A stretch of DNA of 58,831 bases, filler included, from Sluysia triapertura (lineage: Eukaryota): assembly GCA_046118255.1 (NCBI GenBank). It is 4 parts of 4 records of this genome, joined end to end, with 100 filler letters (N's around TTAATTAATTAA, not from the genome) between each part and the next. Parts side by side here need not be neighbours in the genome. Positions count along the whole stretch, not along the records: positions 24,432 to 44,274 come from JBJNIA010048784.1; positions 44,375 to 58,831 come from JBJNIA010258626.1; 2 more parts are not named here. One strand, given 5' to 3'. Both the position numbers and the translations under genes were made by a program. The first letter of the stretch is position 1, and every line of letters starts with the position of its first letter. The notes below the pieces were generated by a model. That model was given only the letters and a program-made list of their open reading frames with translations, had not been told where the DNA came from and made no database searches. This document shows, in pieces, positions 38,806 through 51,739 of the stretch.

Positions 38806-38930
38806 TGGACTGGCTGGGGTTCGAACCCAGTCAGTTCGATGCTCTACCACTGAGCTATCAGCCCGTCTAGCGATTTTATTTTATTATAGTCAATTTTACC
38901 AAATGGCACTTTAGGCCTTTTATCCCAACA
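38806..38930 (-). repeat. tRNA-derived dispersed repeat, copy 3
   Basis: GGGCTGATAGCTCAGTGGTAGAGCATCGAACTG-(deletion)-ACTGGGTTCGAACCCCAGCCAGTCCA with intact A and B boxes, plus the shared upstream flank. Confidence 0.8.
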
Positions 38931-39948
38931 ATTGGATCAAAGGAAATTTAAATAATTATGACTGTTATGAATATAGAAAGAAAAGAACACGCAAGATCCG
39001 AATTTTTGTACTACAAAATTACAAAACAATTTAGTTATGGTATTAGTTATTAATATTTATAAGGAACAAGAAACAAAACATTTTTCAATTTTAATACTTA
39101 TAACAAACGAAAATTTGATATATAAACAATTGATTTTAGAAAATCTTTTTTGCAATCATCTAAGCAAACATTGTGAACCATCAAAGCGATTACTCTCATA
39201 AGATCAGGTGGCTGTAAGTTCTCATAGTAGCTTATTTAGTTATACATTGAGACTTTAGCGGGAGTTTTAACTTCACGTAAATTGGATTGAGATGAATTTA
39301 TTTTTCGGGATAAATAATTCATGTTAATTCATCTCTTGAAAATGTATTTTTGTGTGGTTTTCTTGGTTTATTTTGGACAGACGACAATTGTTTTATTATA
39401 TCTGTTACATTTAGCGTTAAATTTGCGTTCATTTCATTTTTTGGGTCAGGGCAATTTAATAATAATAATAGTAAATATTAATTATATGTTTGTCTCTGTA
39501 ATTATTGGTAGCAATAAATCAATATCAGTTTAATTTACTTAAATGAAATCTCAATAATTTCTTATACTCACGATTGTGGTGGCCCAACTCATTATCCAAA
39601 ATTTCCTTACTTATAAGGCACTAAACATAAACAAATGCACAACCACATAACACTTAAATCACTCAACGTATTAAAATTTACTAAACTCATTTAAAAAATC
39701 AAAAAAATGAAATAAAATTTCTATATAAACGTCTTCTATTTCCCTTATTTCTCTTTTATAACTCTTTTTCTTACTCACTCTCACTTCTTTTTAACCTTCC
39801 ATTCATCTGCATGTTAATTTACTTCTCCCTTTCCGCTACCACCAGCGATACAAATGACTAAAAACTCTGAATGAAGAAGAAGTGCAACATTTACTTGGTA
39901 AAATGAGAGTAACTTGTCAGCAATCATTATACAAAATTAAGAATAAGG

Positions 39949-40120
39949 TGTAGTGTCACACCTGTACACATCATTTTGTTGTTAAATCCACAAATACAAT
40001 TCACTTCAAATTCATTCGTGAACATTTCATCCATCGTATAACATCATCATATCTCGCATAACTTATAAATTCATACGACAGAAATTCATTAAGACAGAAA
40101 AGTCTTATTATTTATAAATT
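39949..40120 (+). repeat. Diverged direct repeat, second copy 41467-~41665
   Basis: Both copies start TGTAGTGTCACA.CTG.ACACATCATTTTGTTGTTAAA and share CACAAATACAATTCACTTCAAA and ATAACATCATCATATCTCGC. Confidence 0.8.
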
Positions 40121-41859
40121 AACCATTCTTTAAATTTTTATATATTGTTAAAGTACTTTTCGGGAATCAGTGTAATAATAATTGTAATAAAATTAATTAA
40201 TAATCATCATCATAATAATATTAGTAACAGCAATAATTATGATAAAGATAAAATTTTATAACTTACAACAACGTATTTATTATCTTCTCACTTCATTCTC
40301 CCATTTGATAACAATTTTAATGCAACAGCTTCGAATTTTTATTTTGAATTTTTATTTTATGTTATTTCAATTTGCTTTTTAAGGAGAATAACATAATTAA
40401 TTGTTTTATAAATGAATTTAACATTTATTTTAATAAAAAGTTTGGAAGTAGACATTTTAATAAATTTTACACTAAAACTAGATCAAATATAAATTATCAC
40501 AAATTCTATTATTTTAATAATGATTTTTATTCAACCAAAATATTGCGTCTTAAATGAAATTAATAAGAACAATTTAATAATTACAAAATCACATACAAAT
40601 TCTTATTATAAGTTTTTGCTTTAACAATAATAAAAATGACAAAATTAACAATAATGTTTATAATAATATTAAGGACAAAACAATCTAACCAAAGAAATCA
40701 GAGGTGACGCAACACTAAAAAATAATAACTATTATTCACGATTATTCCTTAAAAGTTATTTAGTAGTTTCTAGATGTTTTCACTTTCACCTCCCTGATTG
40801 TTTTTTATACTTCTTTATGTTAATTATTACCATAGTAGATTTATCTTTAATACCAATAACAATGATTTTATATCTCACTAAAGGATTTCAAGTGCTTATC
40901 GACGTTTCAAGAATACTTAAAGGTTAATAAGGTCTTAAATGATACCTTAATGCCTTTATATGTTTTCCAAGTCCATCTCAAGCTTCAATAAGGTCTCAAA
41001 CCCTTTTATAAGTCTTTGTAACTTCACTGTATTCTTTAACTCTTAACATTATTAGAGACTTTCGTACTTTCATGATTTCTATTCCAACACTGTTTATCAT
41101 GTTCAATCCATCACTTTGTATCAGTTTTTCCTTCATATAATAGCTCTATATGTTTCTCACTCATCTCCTGATCTACTGTTGGACGATCCCAACAACAATA
41201 ATGAAATAATAATAAAATACTAATAAAAATAATAATAATGTAATAATAAAAATGTAAGTAGAATATTAATGAATTATAATTAAATAATAAAATTCACAAT
41301 AATAATAATAATAAGAGTATTATCTTTACATATATTTAATTTTAAACTTTCAATTTTTATTGATTTATTAAATTCGAACTTATTTTTTTGTTTTCATGAT
41401 TTCATTTTTAACACTTGCTAATAATATTTCATCAATTTCAATAAAAGGATTTATTTCGCAAGCCGCTGTAGTGTCACAACTGCACACATCATTTTGTTGT
41501 TAAAACCCTTTCATCAATAAACATAGACATAAGCACAAATACAATTCACTTCAAACGCATTCATTAACATTTCATCTATCTCATAACATCATCATATCTC
41601 GCCAAACTCACAAAATTCTTACTACTAAACCATTAACACACGAAGGTTTCATTAGTCATAAATTTAATATAGCCTTTAATTAATTATAATCATAATCGTA
41701 ATTAATTATAGCCTTTCTTGCTAATATCCCTTTCTCCGTCCTCTATTGCGTAAACATATATAGTTAGAAATGTATTGTGTTATTTCTTTATGTTTTTGAT
41801 GACTATAAATTTATGTTTGTTTTAATGTCACACTTTTTTGAAAATATGTCAAAATGTCT

Positions 41860-42620
41860 TAAAATTGCATTGAGCATTTGTGTCAGATATATTATATGGT
41901 TCGATGAATGGTAAATGAGTGTTACAAGTTATTACTACTAAAATATCTAATACGATGAGAACGTCATGCTGGATCAATGGCTATTTCATCATATGGTGAA
42001 GGTTTATCACGCGTCATGGAAAGTTTGGATGATGATGAAAATAACCGACTGCAAACTTATGACGATGAAGCTTTTGTGAATCTCTTAAAAGCTATTTCAA
42101 AAGATGTCAATCTGATTTATTTACCTACAATAGCAAAAAAGCATTACCAAGTTCTTGAATTAAAATTTAGCGAATTGATTAATTGTGGCTGTAAATTAGT
42201 AATAATAGTAGCTCATGCTGTTACTATTAGCTTTTCACTTATGCCTTATTATGATCAATTTATGATCCTAATTATAATACTGTCGCAACATTGTTTTACT
42301 GTGCATTTATCACGTTTATATAAAAGTAAAACGATTGAATGTATTTCATTTATGGACCTTGCCGTGGGTCGAGATAAATTCTTAGTCGATGATAGAGATG
42401 TCATGATGTTTTTATTTAAAAGTCAAATTGAATTGGACACAGAAATCGTTGATTCTGATTCAAAATGTGCCAATTTAAGTGTAGATGATTCATTTTCTAA
42501 TTATATGATTTGGCTCGAATTTGTAAGTTTACAGCTCGACCGCAATTGTTTAAACCACTACCAAAAACTATTATGTCAATGCCTCAAGTCTCTCATTCAC
42601 ATATTGAGTTCCAGTTTCGA
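41860..42620 (+). pseudogene. IPO5: Importin-5 (karyopherin beta-3/RanBP5) processed-pseudogene fragment
   Basis: RHAGSMAISSYGEG, DDENNRLQ, LKFSELINCGCKLV, PYYDQFM and KTIECISFMDLAVGRDKFLVDDRDVMMFLFKSQ match recalled importin-5 HEAT repeats ([47 protein letters not shown]). Internal deletions, no introns, drifts off frame at the 3' end. Confidence 0.8.
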
Positions 42621-44274
42621 AAATACGTACTACAGAAACTTGTCCCTGCTCTTTATATATACAAGAACCAATCCAGATCGTGTCCATGACATTACAAAAT
42701 TTGAACTTCATGAAGTATTTTTATTTTTTTGTGATTTTTGAGTGCCTTTGCATTTTTGAAATTGTTGTGCGTCCAATACATTTTGTCTTAAACTATTTCT
42801 TTTTTTGTTCTTACAATTTTAATCGTTATTTTCAAGTTTTTAATAAAATATATTTAAATTTTAAAATTTTAGATTTTTCCTTAAGTAATTTAATGCGGGA
42901 CCTTAAGTTCTAATTTCTTTGTAATTTAAATTTTAATGTAATATTAAATCAACAAAACTTGATTAATGTTGTGAAATTAAACGTCCCACGACCATTATAG
43001 TGATAGTCAAATTCATGTATCTTTATAGTAATAAAAGTTAAACTTATTTCAAGACTGATAACAATAAGCCGATAAAAAAATTATTTACTGTCTACAAAAT
43101 GTATTATTTATATATACAAAATTTAATATCTGCGTTTTACATATTGGAATATCGTTTACATACTTTTACTTATTAAATATAACATCCTTATTGATATTTA
43201 TAATTTTATTTATAAACGACTAATGAATTAATTTAAAACTATCTAACAATAACTCACCTCTATCAGTTACATAATCCTTCACAGTCAAATCAAACTTTAA
43301 TTTGACAATTTGCACTCCTAAATCTTCCGTGATCCAACTAGTAGCAATTTAATTTGTTTTGATCAAACATCCACATAAATTGATTCCTTGTTGTGTATTA
43401 AATCCTTATTGCTCAATTTATATTAGATTTTTGCATATAATAATCGCAAAACAATAATTATCGGTAGTTAAATCGCAATGTAATGTTAATTATTAAGTAG
43501 ATATAAATTGTTATAAAAATTATTAAAGTTAACTTTAATTCATGTAGTCAAATATTATTACACATTCACATACATTCCATTTAATACGACTTATCGTCTT
43601 ATTAAATCATTTTCGGCATTAATTTAATAATCAAATATTAAATTAAACATTTAATGTGCTTCACCATTAAATCATTTTATATATTCACATTTATAAATTC
43701 TCACCATCATTTTATTAAACCACTTTCAGCATTCTAAATCAAATATTCGATCATAATATTTTATAACTTATTCTTAAACATTCATCAGATATTAATTTGT
43801 AATGATAATATTATTATAATTTACATTTTGCAAGCATTCAATGATTTTTCTAAGGATTCATCAAATCATCAAATCATCAAATCATCAAATATTCATTTTT
43901 ACGATTTCATCAGATTTCTAAAGATCTGTAAGATTCAATCAGTGTAACAATTGTTGCAATAATTTTTCCTTGTGAAATTATAGAAAATTGTGGTTCTTTA
44001 TATAGTGTTTAAATAATTTCTAGGAAGTTAGGAATTCTACTTAATTATTGTGCTTGTCGACAACAGATGCATATTTCGTAGAGTTGGTTTTATGCTTACC
44101 AATTACATTAATTAAATTTGAACATTAATTTCCATCGAAATTCCATCTTAATATTATATAGCAATTATCCAAAGGTAATGAGTTTTGTGGCAAACAAAAT
44201 AATAATAATATATTAATTTATATTGCGCTCATATCTACCGCGAAAGTACTCAAAAGCGCTTAAGGTAAATCATT

Positions 44275-44374
44275 NNNNNNNNNNNNNNNNNNNNNNNNNN
44301 NNNNNNNNNNNNNNNNNNTTAATTAATTAANNNNNNNNNNNNNNNNNNNNNNNNNNNNNNNNNNNNNNNNNNNN
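44275..44374. other. Artificial contig spacer
   Basis: N44-TTAATTAATTAA-N44. Confidence 0.95.
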
Positions 44375-44452
44375 TATAAAAGTTATTACTTGATAATCAT
44401 ATTATATAACAATAATGACTATAATTATTATATATATTTTAATACGATCTGC

Positions 44453-44503
<51 letters not shown>

Positions 44504-44641
44504 GCGGTAGTTCATGATAATTATATGTGATGATCATGTTTGTTTTTTGAATGAGTTTAGTAATTTGTTTAATAATTTGTGCACATGTAAAGTGTTTTTA
44601 TGTGATGAAGTGTAATGAATTTTGTGTGATGAATTCCCTAC
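44375..44641 (-). repeat. Paralogous copy of the protocadherin 5' exon start, truncated by the contig end
   Basis: Colinear with 5060-5297 and has the same GTAG|GGAATTCATCACACAAAATTC junction. Confidence 0.65.
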
Positions 44642-47059
44642 ATCTAGAAACGTGGAAATCAAAAAGAATCGAAACGAACGACAAGTAACTCTTAATTTTA
44701 TGCACAATCATGACCTTATAAATTTTGTTTACTTTTTAGGTGCAGAACATGGTCGTACGAAGATCGTATGCAGGATGCTGTTTTTAGCGTTTTACAATAG
44801 CAAAATTAATAACATCTTATGTAATTTTATAAAAATTAATAAATCATTGTCTATCTTTGAGTTGTTTCTAAAAAAATTGATCAACACCCAGTTCTTAAAA
44901 GAAATTATTATAAGTCAATTCAGTATTATATTATATAATTGTCATCAAACTTATCAAGTAAAATTAAAATTTAATTTAATATATTATAAATATACTAAAC
45001 TACAACACTAACTAGACAATCCCAACACGAACATATATAACTGGATTTAATTGTGAATCCATGGCAAAGATTAGAAATAACAATTTTGCTACTTTTATTT
45101 TGTATAATTTTGAAATGCACTGACCGATTTTGAAGACATAAACGATGTCGCATTAAATAAGGATATATTTGAATTTATATTCTCACAAAACGTTATTTTT
45201 AATTTTATTCTAAGTTTTGAAGTCTTAATTCAAAATGTTACATCTCAAAGTATGTCAACCATTTTGAAAGCTCTAAAACTTATTAGTCTTATCTTTATTT
45301 TATAGCTTAAAGTTTTTAATTTAAATTTTTTGATGTTAAACATGTTTTAATCTTTAAGATTTATGAAGGCCTTTATATCGATTTGAAATTAGAATATGTT
45401 GATAAATTGAGTAATACGATTATGTTAATCTTTAAATTTTATAAAATTAATAACGTTAATTCGAATTATATTAATAGTTTTAGAGAGATTGTGTGTTCTT
45501 TGATTTTTATGAGTTACAGGCAATACACCTATTATGTTGAATATTTGCTTTCCATTATTTTCCTTAAACCTTGTTATAAAGTTTTAAAATGCATGTCTCC
45601 TTGTGCAATGGTTTCAGACATCATTAACATATATGTATTAGAGAATGGTAGAATTATAGATCACCTACATGTGGATAATCAGAATGCTGTTGTATATATT
45701 CATAAAGAAATGGTATCAACAAACTTAAATATTATTCTGTGGCAAGGTATTCCTGTCTATTTGGGATCACAACCAGTTTAGAATGTCAAAGTAGTTTAAT
45801 TAATATTATTAATTATATCTATGTGTCAAGAGTGATTAAAAATTCAATTTCGTGGATATTAAATAAATCTATGCTGTATTATTATATTATAAATATTTTC
45901 TTTAACAATATATCTATTACGTGCCTTAAGCACCAATTTTGTAATCATAATCATTTAAAATTTTATACGAATTTTTACATTAGATTAAACAATAGAGTTA
46001 ATTGTAAAACAAATAACAGTAACCATTCATTAATAATCTCTAAAGATAAACAATATAAATTTAATATCAATACAAATATATCCACAATAACAATATTGAC
46101 TTTAAATAATTTTAAATCTTAGGAATTATATTAGGTGACTTATAATTGTGTAGTTTACATCGAATTCGTTAAAGGAATTCGAAAATAATATTTTACACTT
46201 AATCTATGAAAAAATTCAAAGAAAAAACAATTTAAATCATAAAACTTTATGAATTACACTGAGGTTTATTATATTACAATATCAATATACAAGGTTAAAG
46301 TAAAACTATAATAATATACAATAAAAATTTACGAGAATTAACTTAAGATAGTTAATTTAATCGATAGTTTAAAATCTGATTTTACGAATGGAAATATTAA
46401 AACGTTCCAAAAATTTGTTACAAAAAAATTCAAAAGTTTTGGTAGATTTTACGAAGGTACCTGACGGTACTAATCCTAAAATAATAAACTAACGATTCTT
46501 TGTCCAGACAAATTAAAGTCAACTCGAATCTTCAAATTAGTTGCTGAAAAATAATTGCGAAAAATGGTGTGTGTGTATGTTCTGATTGAAAATATATTGT
46601 TTAACGAGTTGACCTTGACTTTGGTCAAACAAAAATTAAGAAAAAAATTTTAATTAATTTAATTTGAAAGTAATACATTTAATATGAAAATATAATTAAT
46701 GAAAATAATTTTATTAATTAAAAATAAGCTAACATTTTTAATCAATATCAAAATTTTGTTATGAACTTGTCAGAATTGCGTGCAATAAAATTGTTTAAAA
46801 ATAATTATTAAATCATAATTGTGTTGCATATAAAATCATAAATCACAAAATCAATATCGGTCTGTTAAGTTACAAGTGTTAATTGTAACAAAAGTAATAT
46901 TTAATTATTTTAAAATTAATTCAAAAAAGGAACCTTCCACATATGAATTGTTTGAATAAATAAAAAATTATTAATATGACTCCAGATAACCATTATTCTA
47001 TAAATAAAGCTACAAAAATAGTAGTAAGACACAATTCAGACAATAGTCATAAACAACGC

Positions 47060-47552
47060 TATTTTAGAATCTTCATTAAAAAATTAGATAAAGAGAAATT
47101 ATATATTTGATTTTTCGCAAGTTGATCAAGAATAAAGAAATAAACAAAGATTGATTTCTTCACTCCAGTATATTACATAAGTTTGTGATACAAAGCTCCG
47201 GTTATTGAATCTAAGCGTTAAAGACATCATTTTGGTTGTACAATATTTACATTGCGAAAAATTTATTTATTCAAAATCATAGTGGTCACCAAGTTGTTCA
47301 CATTTAGCAACGAAATTATTTATTCAATCAATATCGATAGAACATTTTTAAGTTTAATTTAAGTAGCTTGTAAACTCATAAGAGTTATAAAATCAACGTA
47401 AACTTTCCAATTTTCAGTTGGTCCCTAAGATCAATTATAAAATCTCATTTAATTCTAAAATCATATTATTTTCGTTGGTCCATAATGCCAATTATAAAAT
47501 ATAAATTCACTTGACCGAGTCCTTGGGGTAGGCCATTTTACTTAAAATTCAA

Positions 47553-47608
<56 letters not shown>

Positions 47609-48046
47609 TATCTTATTATTTGATAAAAATGGTATTTGTATTTTTTATTTTTTAAATATTGCACCTTCTATAACTTTTGATGTTGTGATATAAAGTTAAC
47701 GTAAAGTTTGTAACATAAATCTGTAACGTAAATCTGTTTGTAACAGTATAAAACTAAAAGCTTAAATTTACATTGTTTACTGTATGAATTGAGATAATTT
47801 TATTTCGATTTTGGCCGTAGTGACTTAGACTTCTCTATAGTAACATTTGATAAATAATTGAATTTAAAAACATTAGAGAAATACGTCATTACACGGACAT
47901 TTTTTATATCGTTATTCCTTAGGCATATTTTCACGTTACTTACAGATACGCCAATGGTAAGCCGCATACTGTAAGCGGATTCTAAATATCAATTTATTTT
48001 GCTGTAAGGTAGTTTTTAAGTTTTAGATAAAAGAAAAACACCAGCA
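47060..48046 (+). mobile_element. Solo-LTR-like block, homologous to 6900-7952
   Basis: Colinear matches to 6900-7952; ends ...AAAAACACCAGCA like the LTR 3' end at 57419. Confidence 0.45.
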
Positions 48047-48119
48047 TTACTATAATATATGCACAGACCTAAACAATTAATTTATTTATAAAAGAAAAGA
48101 GGAAGAAAATTAAAAGAAG

Positions 48120-48541
48120 TATTTGCGTTTTAGAAAAGGGTTGGGTTTGTTATGGCGATGTTTGCGACACAGGCCATTCGCCTTAGAAAAACGTTTTAAT
48201 TCCTGCCTCCGCCTATGTCGTCTTTGGGACTTTGTGAGGCCGAGAGGTTTGAAATAGGCGGATTAGCAAGATGTGGATCATACGTGGAAGTTGAAGGGAA
48301 GGGAGACAATTCCTATCAGAAGATTGATGAAGTAAGTGTTATAGTTAAAGAAGATGAAATATGAACGATGTCAAAGATATACTGATGTTTATATCAATTT
48401 TTATAGTAAAATTTATAGTAAGGGCAAGATGGATAGTCTGTAGGAGCATTGTCATAAAGAAAGAAGATGGGTGCAAGGCATCGCACGAGTTTGGTACTTA
48501 CGTAAAGGTCTAAGGCATATTGAGCAGCGATAAAATCCCAT
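48120..48541 (-). pseudogene. Accessory ORF remnant: N-terminal RING finger, S/P-rich linker, Arg-rich tail
   Basis: MGFYRCSICLRPLRKYQTRAMPCTH...(frameshift)PSCPY; later KSQRRHRRRQELKRF. The ATG is preceded by a strong acceptor TTTCATTTTGTTTCAG. Confidence 0.55.
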
Positions 48542-48879
48542 AACTGAAACAAAATGAAAGAGTTGTAACAATGAATTTCATAATTAGAATTAAATGGAAT
48601 TAAATGAAATGAGTTAAATTTTAATTGAAATTTAACAAAATCCTAAAATTATTAATGAATTTATCAGATAATGCTACGACAAGATATTGTATATTTTCGA
48701 ATAATTAAGACGAGGTGAATAGTGATTTCACTGCCACCGGCCGGTTATTTAAACGAAAAATATACTGTCCTTAAACTACTAGAATATTTTTACTCTTTCG
48801 TGTTCAAAAGAGATGGAATCTAATAGCTTCAACCGTAAGGTTGGCTGCAAGCAGAGTGAAAATTATAAAGATCATTTCA

Positions 48880-49800
48880 TGGATAGAGTAATATAAGGAA
48901 TAAAAATTAGGATTTTGTATAATGGTATTGTTAACACTAAATTTAAAATTAATTGGATCGATTGATTTATTATTCCTATTAATGATATTTGACTTATACC
49001 TGACTTTAAATTTGTCCGCCTTAATTAATGATTTAGTGATTATAGGTACCGAAAAGTCGTATAATCCAAAGTTTGACGGAGGCTTTAATATAACATAAAT
49101 TTCACTACTACGTAAAATCTAAATTTTAATTATTGGTAATAGTGAGGTTGATACGTAACGTAAAAGAATAGTCGAGTTTGTAGAACGATTGACATCAATC
49201 TCATAATAAGTATAATAATGGATTTTTTAGTTTTACCAAGTCATTGTTCGTTTTAGTAGCCAATATTTTTAATTTATCATGAAATTTGAACGTATGCGAG
49301 TTTTGTATTATTTATTGCTATAGTTATAGTGACTGTGACATTAAATAATTGATTTTCAGATAGGTTACCACAAAAGGTGATCCAACGATTATAAATCTTA
49401 TTTATGGAAGTTGTTAATTTACACCACCTATCTAAACAACATTCTAACTTGTTCGCTAACTTAATCTCAGTGTATATTTCTTTGCGTCCAGCGGTAATGT
49501 TGACTTGCGATTATTCATTGTAGAGAAATGTGTCAAAGTACACACGGCAGAAATGCATACTACATAAGCTAATAATGTGGATCGCAGGTGGGTCATTTGA
49601 ATTCCATAATGGCAAAGCGGTGTAGTTGTGCACTGGTGATGAAAATTATTGTAATTCTAATGGTGTTTGTGAGCTAAAACGATAAAGAATGGAGTACTGA
49701 TCATTATCTATATTAGAATGAAGATTGGTAGAGTTATCCTTATTTCGAGTAATTGTATATGCGACCACTAAAATAATGATAATAATATTACTACTTATGT
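48880..49800 (-). pseudogene. Accessory ORF remnant, predicted secreted or membrane protein
   Basis: Long frame with sparse stops, hydrophobic N-terminus IIIIILVVAYTI, several Cys, and sequons NST, NYT, NIT, NLS, NVT, NRS. Confidence 0.4.
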
Positions 49801-50070
49801 TTACTCATTTGAATGAAAAGTGTAACTGCTTTGTATATTTTCCGTTTAAATGAATTTGTACTATTATATGTTTATCTTCACTTGGTAAAAAGTCTGAACA
49901 AATTGTAGAGGAATGTATTTTTTAAAGGAAAATTTTACTGGCAAAATTTTTAGTTCCAATTTTGTTTACGATGTCCATGCAATACAAGTAATTTTTATTG
50001 TTAAGTTTAACGTTTTCAGCATAAGAGGAGAAGACTAAAATCTTACTCAAAATATTAATTAGTTTTTGGA

Positions 50071-50407
50071 GCTAGATCTTAAAAAGACTAGCGAAATATA
50101 ATTTTAAACTTAAAAATTCGTCGAAACACTTTAATCGTATTTATATTATAAATGAACAACTTTTGTTAATTAAGTTTATAACTATTGTAATTATTAAGTT
50201 TAGTTAAAAGTTGATTTTTAATAAGGTAACTTTGTTTTTCAACACTAGACCTTAAAAAAGCTTGTGAAATTTCTAAATTCATATATTGTTTTTATACTAG
50301 ACCTTAAAAAGGCTAGTGAGATTTCTAAAATAATACTGTTTTTATACTAAACCCTAAAAAGGCTAGTGATATTTATTTTTCTGAACTGTACCTTAAAAAG
50401 GCTAGTG
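50071..50407 (-). repeat. Array of five stem-loops (~40-52 bp period for four of them)
   Basis: CACTAG-CC-TTTTTAA-GG-T-CTAGT(A/G) and variants at 50071, 50243, 50295, 50345 and 50384. Confidence 0.85.
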
Positions 50408-50659
50408 AAACGTAATAAAAATATAATTTAATTTAAAGTGACGACATAAAATTTTAATCTCTAAGGAGCTAACGCACACAATTTAAGTTTAGCTTAGGTT
50501 AAATTTGACTATTTTAAATCCTAATAAAACGTCTCCAGAATTGGTATAAAGCGTGAATATTAGGCGAATCCGACCTTCAGATATTTTGCAAGTATAAGTT
50601 TTTAAGTCTATTTTTTGATAAAATTCGTGCATTAGGTTGTGGAAATTTAACTACCTTAA

Positions 50660-51040
50660 CCATATTCTACTTGTTCCTCTGCCCATACGCATTTAGTAGG
50701 TTTAGTTTTTAATCCATCAATTTGTAATCAACTTGTAATTTTTTATGTCGGCAACATGTGCGTCAAAATTCTTTGAAAATATTACAAACGATTACATTCT
50801 TACAACCCGAAAGGACGAAATTCATACAGCACCGAAATGTTGCAGGTGCTCCTGTTAGACCGAAGGGAATTTTTTTGCATTCGTATAATTGATCTCAACA
50901 AGGGAATGCAGTTTTGTGATTATCTTTTTTAGCTATTTCTATCTGCCATTAACAACTCTGTAAATCTAATGTAGTAAAGAATGCTGCGTTTCCTAATTTA
51001 TCTAACATCTCGTCAATTCTTGGTAAGGGAAAACATCTCT
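50660..51040 (-). pseudogene. Ty3/gypsy reverse transcriptase fragment
   Basis: DVFPLPRIDEMLDKLGNAAFFTTLDLQSC*WQI...KTAF...IPFGLTGAPATFR, YxDD deleted, then GLKTKPTKCVWAEEQVEY. Confidence 0.92.
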
Positions 51041-51299
51041 TCTACTAATTTCGCTTAATTCTCTTACTTAATTATCTTACCTTCACAAATGTTACAAATA
51101 GAATCCGCTATTCCTATATCTAATTTTTTCTGATTACCTTCGGATGTGATAAACATTATTGAACCTGTTAACAAACTATTGGTTCTTCCTGGATTAATAT
51201 ATTCTGCCCTACTTAATAACCAAAACGGTTCATCTACAATAATATCGTTATCATCTATTGTACGATTCGTATAGCTACCCATTAATTTCGCCTTATCAA

Positions 51300-51530
51300 A
51301 ATCTAAGGTAATTCCTTTAAGATGTGATAACACGTCCATACCTAAAATCATATCTTCGAGACAGTATCTCATAACACTTAATCTAACTTCAAATTTATTT
51401 TTTCCTAATTCGCAAAAGGCTTTCATTACTTCTACTATTTTTATCGCATCTCCTCGCTTGTTAAGAAAGATTTGTTCCTGTGTCAGTTAATGCTGCAATA
51501 ACTCGACCATTAATTCTAATTTTAACCATC
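51300..51530 (-). pseudogene. Retroviral-type aspartic protease
   Basis: VKIRINGRVIAALTDTGTNLS (DTG at 51476-51484) and DMILGMDVL. Confidence 0.9.
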
Positions 51531-51739
51531 GCACCATAATAATTTACATTCTTTGTTGGTGAAGTTGGAAGAATTGGATATAAAAAATTTTTTATTGTTT
51601 TTAGGTTTTTCTTTATTTTCTTTATATCTTCTGTGTTTCCTTTCTTAATTTCGTTATTTCGATTCGAATCTATGTTTTGTAATAATATGTTTTCATTAAT
51701 GTTTGTACGTTCCTTTTTTAATGCGTTTATTTGAGAATT

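Noticed and set aside
38806-38864. Functional tRNA gene
   Set aside because: Anticodon and variable regions deleted or unpaired in all copies.
45383-45800. DNQNAVVYIHK resembling DIRS-type RNase H (DNTTAVAYINK)
   Set aside because: Single short motif with no supporting RT or tyrosine recombinase nearby.
47060-48046. As the 3' LTR or inverted terminal repeat of the 48-58 kb element
   Set aside because: Opposite orientation and similar to the 5' LTR only at the terminal ~60 bp; better explained as a related family's solo LTR.
48720-48800. EITIHLVLIIR resembling the ubiquitin C-terminus
   Set aside because: Too short, and surrounding frames do not rebuild a Ubl domain.
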